A DNA stretch of 63,735 nucleotides, counting the filler, from Chiloscyllium plagiosum (Eukaryota), in NCBI RefSeq assembly GCF_004010195.1. It is 3 parts of one record of this genome, joined end to end, with 100 filler letters (N's around TTAATTAATTAA, not from the genome) between each part and the next. Parts side by side here need not be neighbours in the genome. Positions count along the whole stretch, not along the records: positions 46,362 to 63,735 come from NC_057715.1; 2 more parts are not named here. The stretch is one strand, 5' to 3'. Within the stretch, counting starts at the first letter, position 1; the number at the start of each line of letters is the position of its first letter. The position numbers were made by a program, and so were the translations under genes. Positions 61,418-63,735 of the stretch are shown here, piece after piece. The notes under the pieces are model-generated. The model worked only from the letters and a program-made list of their open reading frames with translations, had not been told where the DNA came from and searched no databases.

Positions 61418-62388
61418 AAGTTTGTGAGAAGATTTGTAGCTCGGGTGCTCGTTGTTGTGGTTCTGTTCGCCGAGCTGGGAATTTGTGTTGCAGACATTTC
61501 GTCCCCTGTCTAGGTGACATCCTCAGTGCTTGGCAGCCTCCTTGGGAAGAAGAACACCTCTACAATGCATTCGTCTAAAACGGATACCCCCATAATTTCA
61601 TCAACAGATGCCTAAGGGAAAAACAACAGAATGAGGACATGTCACAACCCAAAGGACTAGCCACGTTACCATACATCAAGATTTCGTCCCCTGTCTAGGT
61701 GACATCCTCAGTGCTTGGGAGCCTCCTTGGGAAGAAGAACACCTCTACAATGCATTCGTCTAAAACGGATACCCCCAACAGATGCCTAAGGGAAAGACAA
61801 CAGAATGAGGACATGCCACAACCCAAAGGACTAGCCACGTTACCATACATCAAGACATTTCTGAAACTGACAGNNNNNNNNNNNNNNATAACAACTCACC
61901 AGCACAAAGGACCCGATACCCAGCATGAGCAAAACCAACGTAGTGTACAAAATCCCATGCAAGGACTGCACAAAACCTTACATAGGACAAACAGGAAGAC
62001 AGCTAATGATCCGTATCCATGAGCACCAACTAGCCACAAAACGACACGATCAGCTATCCTTAGTAGCCACATACAGATGACAAGCAACATGAATTCGACT
62101 GGGATAACGCTACTATAATAGGACAAGCCAAACAGAGAACAGCCAGGGAATTCCTAGAGGCATGGCACTCATCCACAGATTCAATCAACAAACACATCGA
62201 CCTGAACCCAATACACCGGCCACTGCTGGAACTGACAACCGGAAGCGGCAGAGACAAACCACTATAAGTGCCAGAGGAAACAACACAGAAGCTCTTTACA
62301 GGAGGTTCCCAAGCACTGAGGATGTCACCTAGACAGGGGATGAAACGGCTGCAACACAAATTCCCAGCTCGGCGAACAGAACCACAAC
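61418..62388 (+). mobile_element. Penelope-like element, family D: inverted 5' pLTR, GIY-YIG endonuclease remnant, 3' pLTR; 13-bp TSD
   Basis: NGYP...ATLPYI, NVVYKIPCKDCTKPYIGQTGR...RIHEH and REFLEAWH motifs; TSD agttagga(t/a)taca at 61405-61417 and 62389-62401; gap at 61874-61887. Confidence 0.92.
62313..62352 (+). ncRNA. Hammerhead motif of family D (mutated; antisense copy at 61490-61529)
   Basis: Combined consensus gca CTGAGGA t gtc-a-cct agac agg-g-gac GAAAC GTC tgc; stem I gca/tgc. Confidence 0.65.
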
Positions 62389-62982
62389 AGTTAGGAATAC
62401 ACATTGAGGCAAATTCATCTATCACTAATTACCCAATGGTTACCAGTCACACATGCAAGCTGTTGTATGATGATTATCACGTTTACCATGTTGCAGGAGC
62501 TCTCTGTACATTTGATCACAATATTTGTACATTCTCCATTTAGTCTGATGCGGTAGAGGAAAACCAATGGGTTCCACAGTTTCATAACCCTCTGGCTGTA
62601 GAAAATCCTTCTCATCTCTGTTCTAAAGGGTCATCCCCTTCACCTTGAGATTATGTCCTCAGATCCTAGTTTCTCCAACAAGGAGAAACATCTCCACATC
62701 CACCTCCCTGCCCCGACATATCCAACCCATTTCATGCACAGCAACATGTTTGGGCACGGAGGTTGGGGAAAACGTAAGGAACAAACACAGAGATAGTTGA
62801 AACAATGCTCTCATTGTGAAGAATAAGAATGTTATCCAACAAGCGTCAAAGATGTCTGTAGGATTCATTGCCCAGTATATGCCTTCCTGCCACTTATTCT
62901 CAACACAATAATTGTTTCATGATACATCCTTTATAGACATGAAGTTAGGTGTAACACTGGCATGGTTACATTTCATACCATC

Positions 62983-63496
62983 ATAGAAAATCTACAGAGC
63001 AGAAAGAGGCCATTGATCCCATCAAGTCTGCACTGACCCTGCAAAGAGCATCCTACCCAGCCCTAGCTCCACACTCTAACCCCACAACCCCATATTCCAT
63101 TCCTGATGAAGGGCATTTGCCTGAAACATCGATTTTCCTGCTCCTTGGATGCTGCCTGACCTGCTGTGCTTTTCCAGCACCACTCTGATCTAAACTCTGG
63201 TTTCCAGCATCTGCAGTTCTCACTTTTGCCATATTTACTATGACTAATCCGCTGAACCTAAACATCCCTGAACACTACAGGGCAATTTAGCATGACCAAT
63301 CCACCCAACCTGCACATAAAGTCATACAGCACGGAGCAGACCCTTCGGTCAACCTGTCCATAATCCCAAACTAAACTCGTCCCACCCTGCCCATTCCTGG
63401 GCCATATCCCTCCAAACCTTTCCTATTCATATACCTACACATCTTTGGACTGTGGGAGGAAACCCACGGGGAGAATATGCAAAATCCACACAGACA
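62983..63496 (-). mobile_element. HE1-like SINE with a solo pLTR (63097-63228, plus strand, TSD ccatatt) and a CR1-tail insert (about 63320-63436)
   Basis: TSD at 63090-63096 and 63229-63235; CTGATGAagggcatttgcctGAAACatc. Confidence 0.85.
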
Positions 63497-63735
63497 GGCC
63501 TTGGATCAGCGCGGGGAAGTGGTGCAGCCAAGTACTTCCAGTGCGAGCAGCAGCGAAGGTAAGACTGCTTGGTTTTAAAAGTACTTACCGGTAGCGGGCA
63601 GCGGTGGTTTTTTTTTCTCTTTCACTCTCTCTTCACAGAAAGAGCGGGAGCACCAGGGGGAAGTGACGACGACCAGAGGGGCAGCCGAGAAGGAAAGCGG
63701 TGAGTATTTATATTACCTGGGTAGGTTTTTTTCCC
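63497..63735 (+). other. CpG-rich segment with paired splice signals, possibly the 5' UTR of a young LINE
   Basis: Begins abruptly inside a SINE; aag|gtaaga, pyrimidine tract ending cacag|, gcg|gtgagt. Confidence 0.4.

Larger units (their letters stand above)
12779..63735 (-). other. Presumed large neuroligin intron upstream of exon A2 (first coding exon not seen in the window)
   Basis: No N-terminal neuroligin exon (LGVPYA...EDCLYLNIYVP) was found by eye. Contiguity is uncertain past the scaffold joins at 24882 and 46262. Confidence 0.55.

Overview
Repeat-dense vertebrate DNA, most likely from a shark. The basis is many HE1-type V-SINEs with their partner CR1 LINEs, plus Deu-domain SINEs; the species cannot be fixed from the sequence alone. 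Only two host coding exons are recognisable, both on the minus strand of a neuroligin gene that best matches NLGN4. One is the 60-nt splice-site-A2 cassette exon (12778-12719, GANTKKHADDITSNHGDEDE). The other is the 150-nt constitutive exon that follows (11094-10945, [25 protein letters not shown]...NYRLGVLG). The rest appears to be intron, filled with decayed CR1, Rex1-type, RTE-type and other LINE fragments, several tRNA-derived SINE families, Penelope-like elements (PLEs), simple repeats and five assembly gaps. The most notable non-annotated signal is a set of more than 20 short PLE terminal-repeat (pLTR) copies from about four families. Most carry a minimal hammerhead-ribozyme core (CUGANGA - stem II - GAAAC-GUC). 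Many are solo or inverted-pair insertions of about 130-250 bp with 7-16 bp target-site duplications (TSDs), and two intact copies lie in the neuroligin sense orientation about 2 kb apart. Also flagged: a possible intronic terminal exon with a poly(A) site just after the 150-nt exon, a Gly-to-Ser change in the GGSYMEGTG motif, and a candidate nested antisense exon. Repeat boundaries were read by eye and are approximate unless a TSD is given. Family and paralog names come from recalled consensus sequences, not from a database search.
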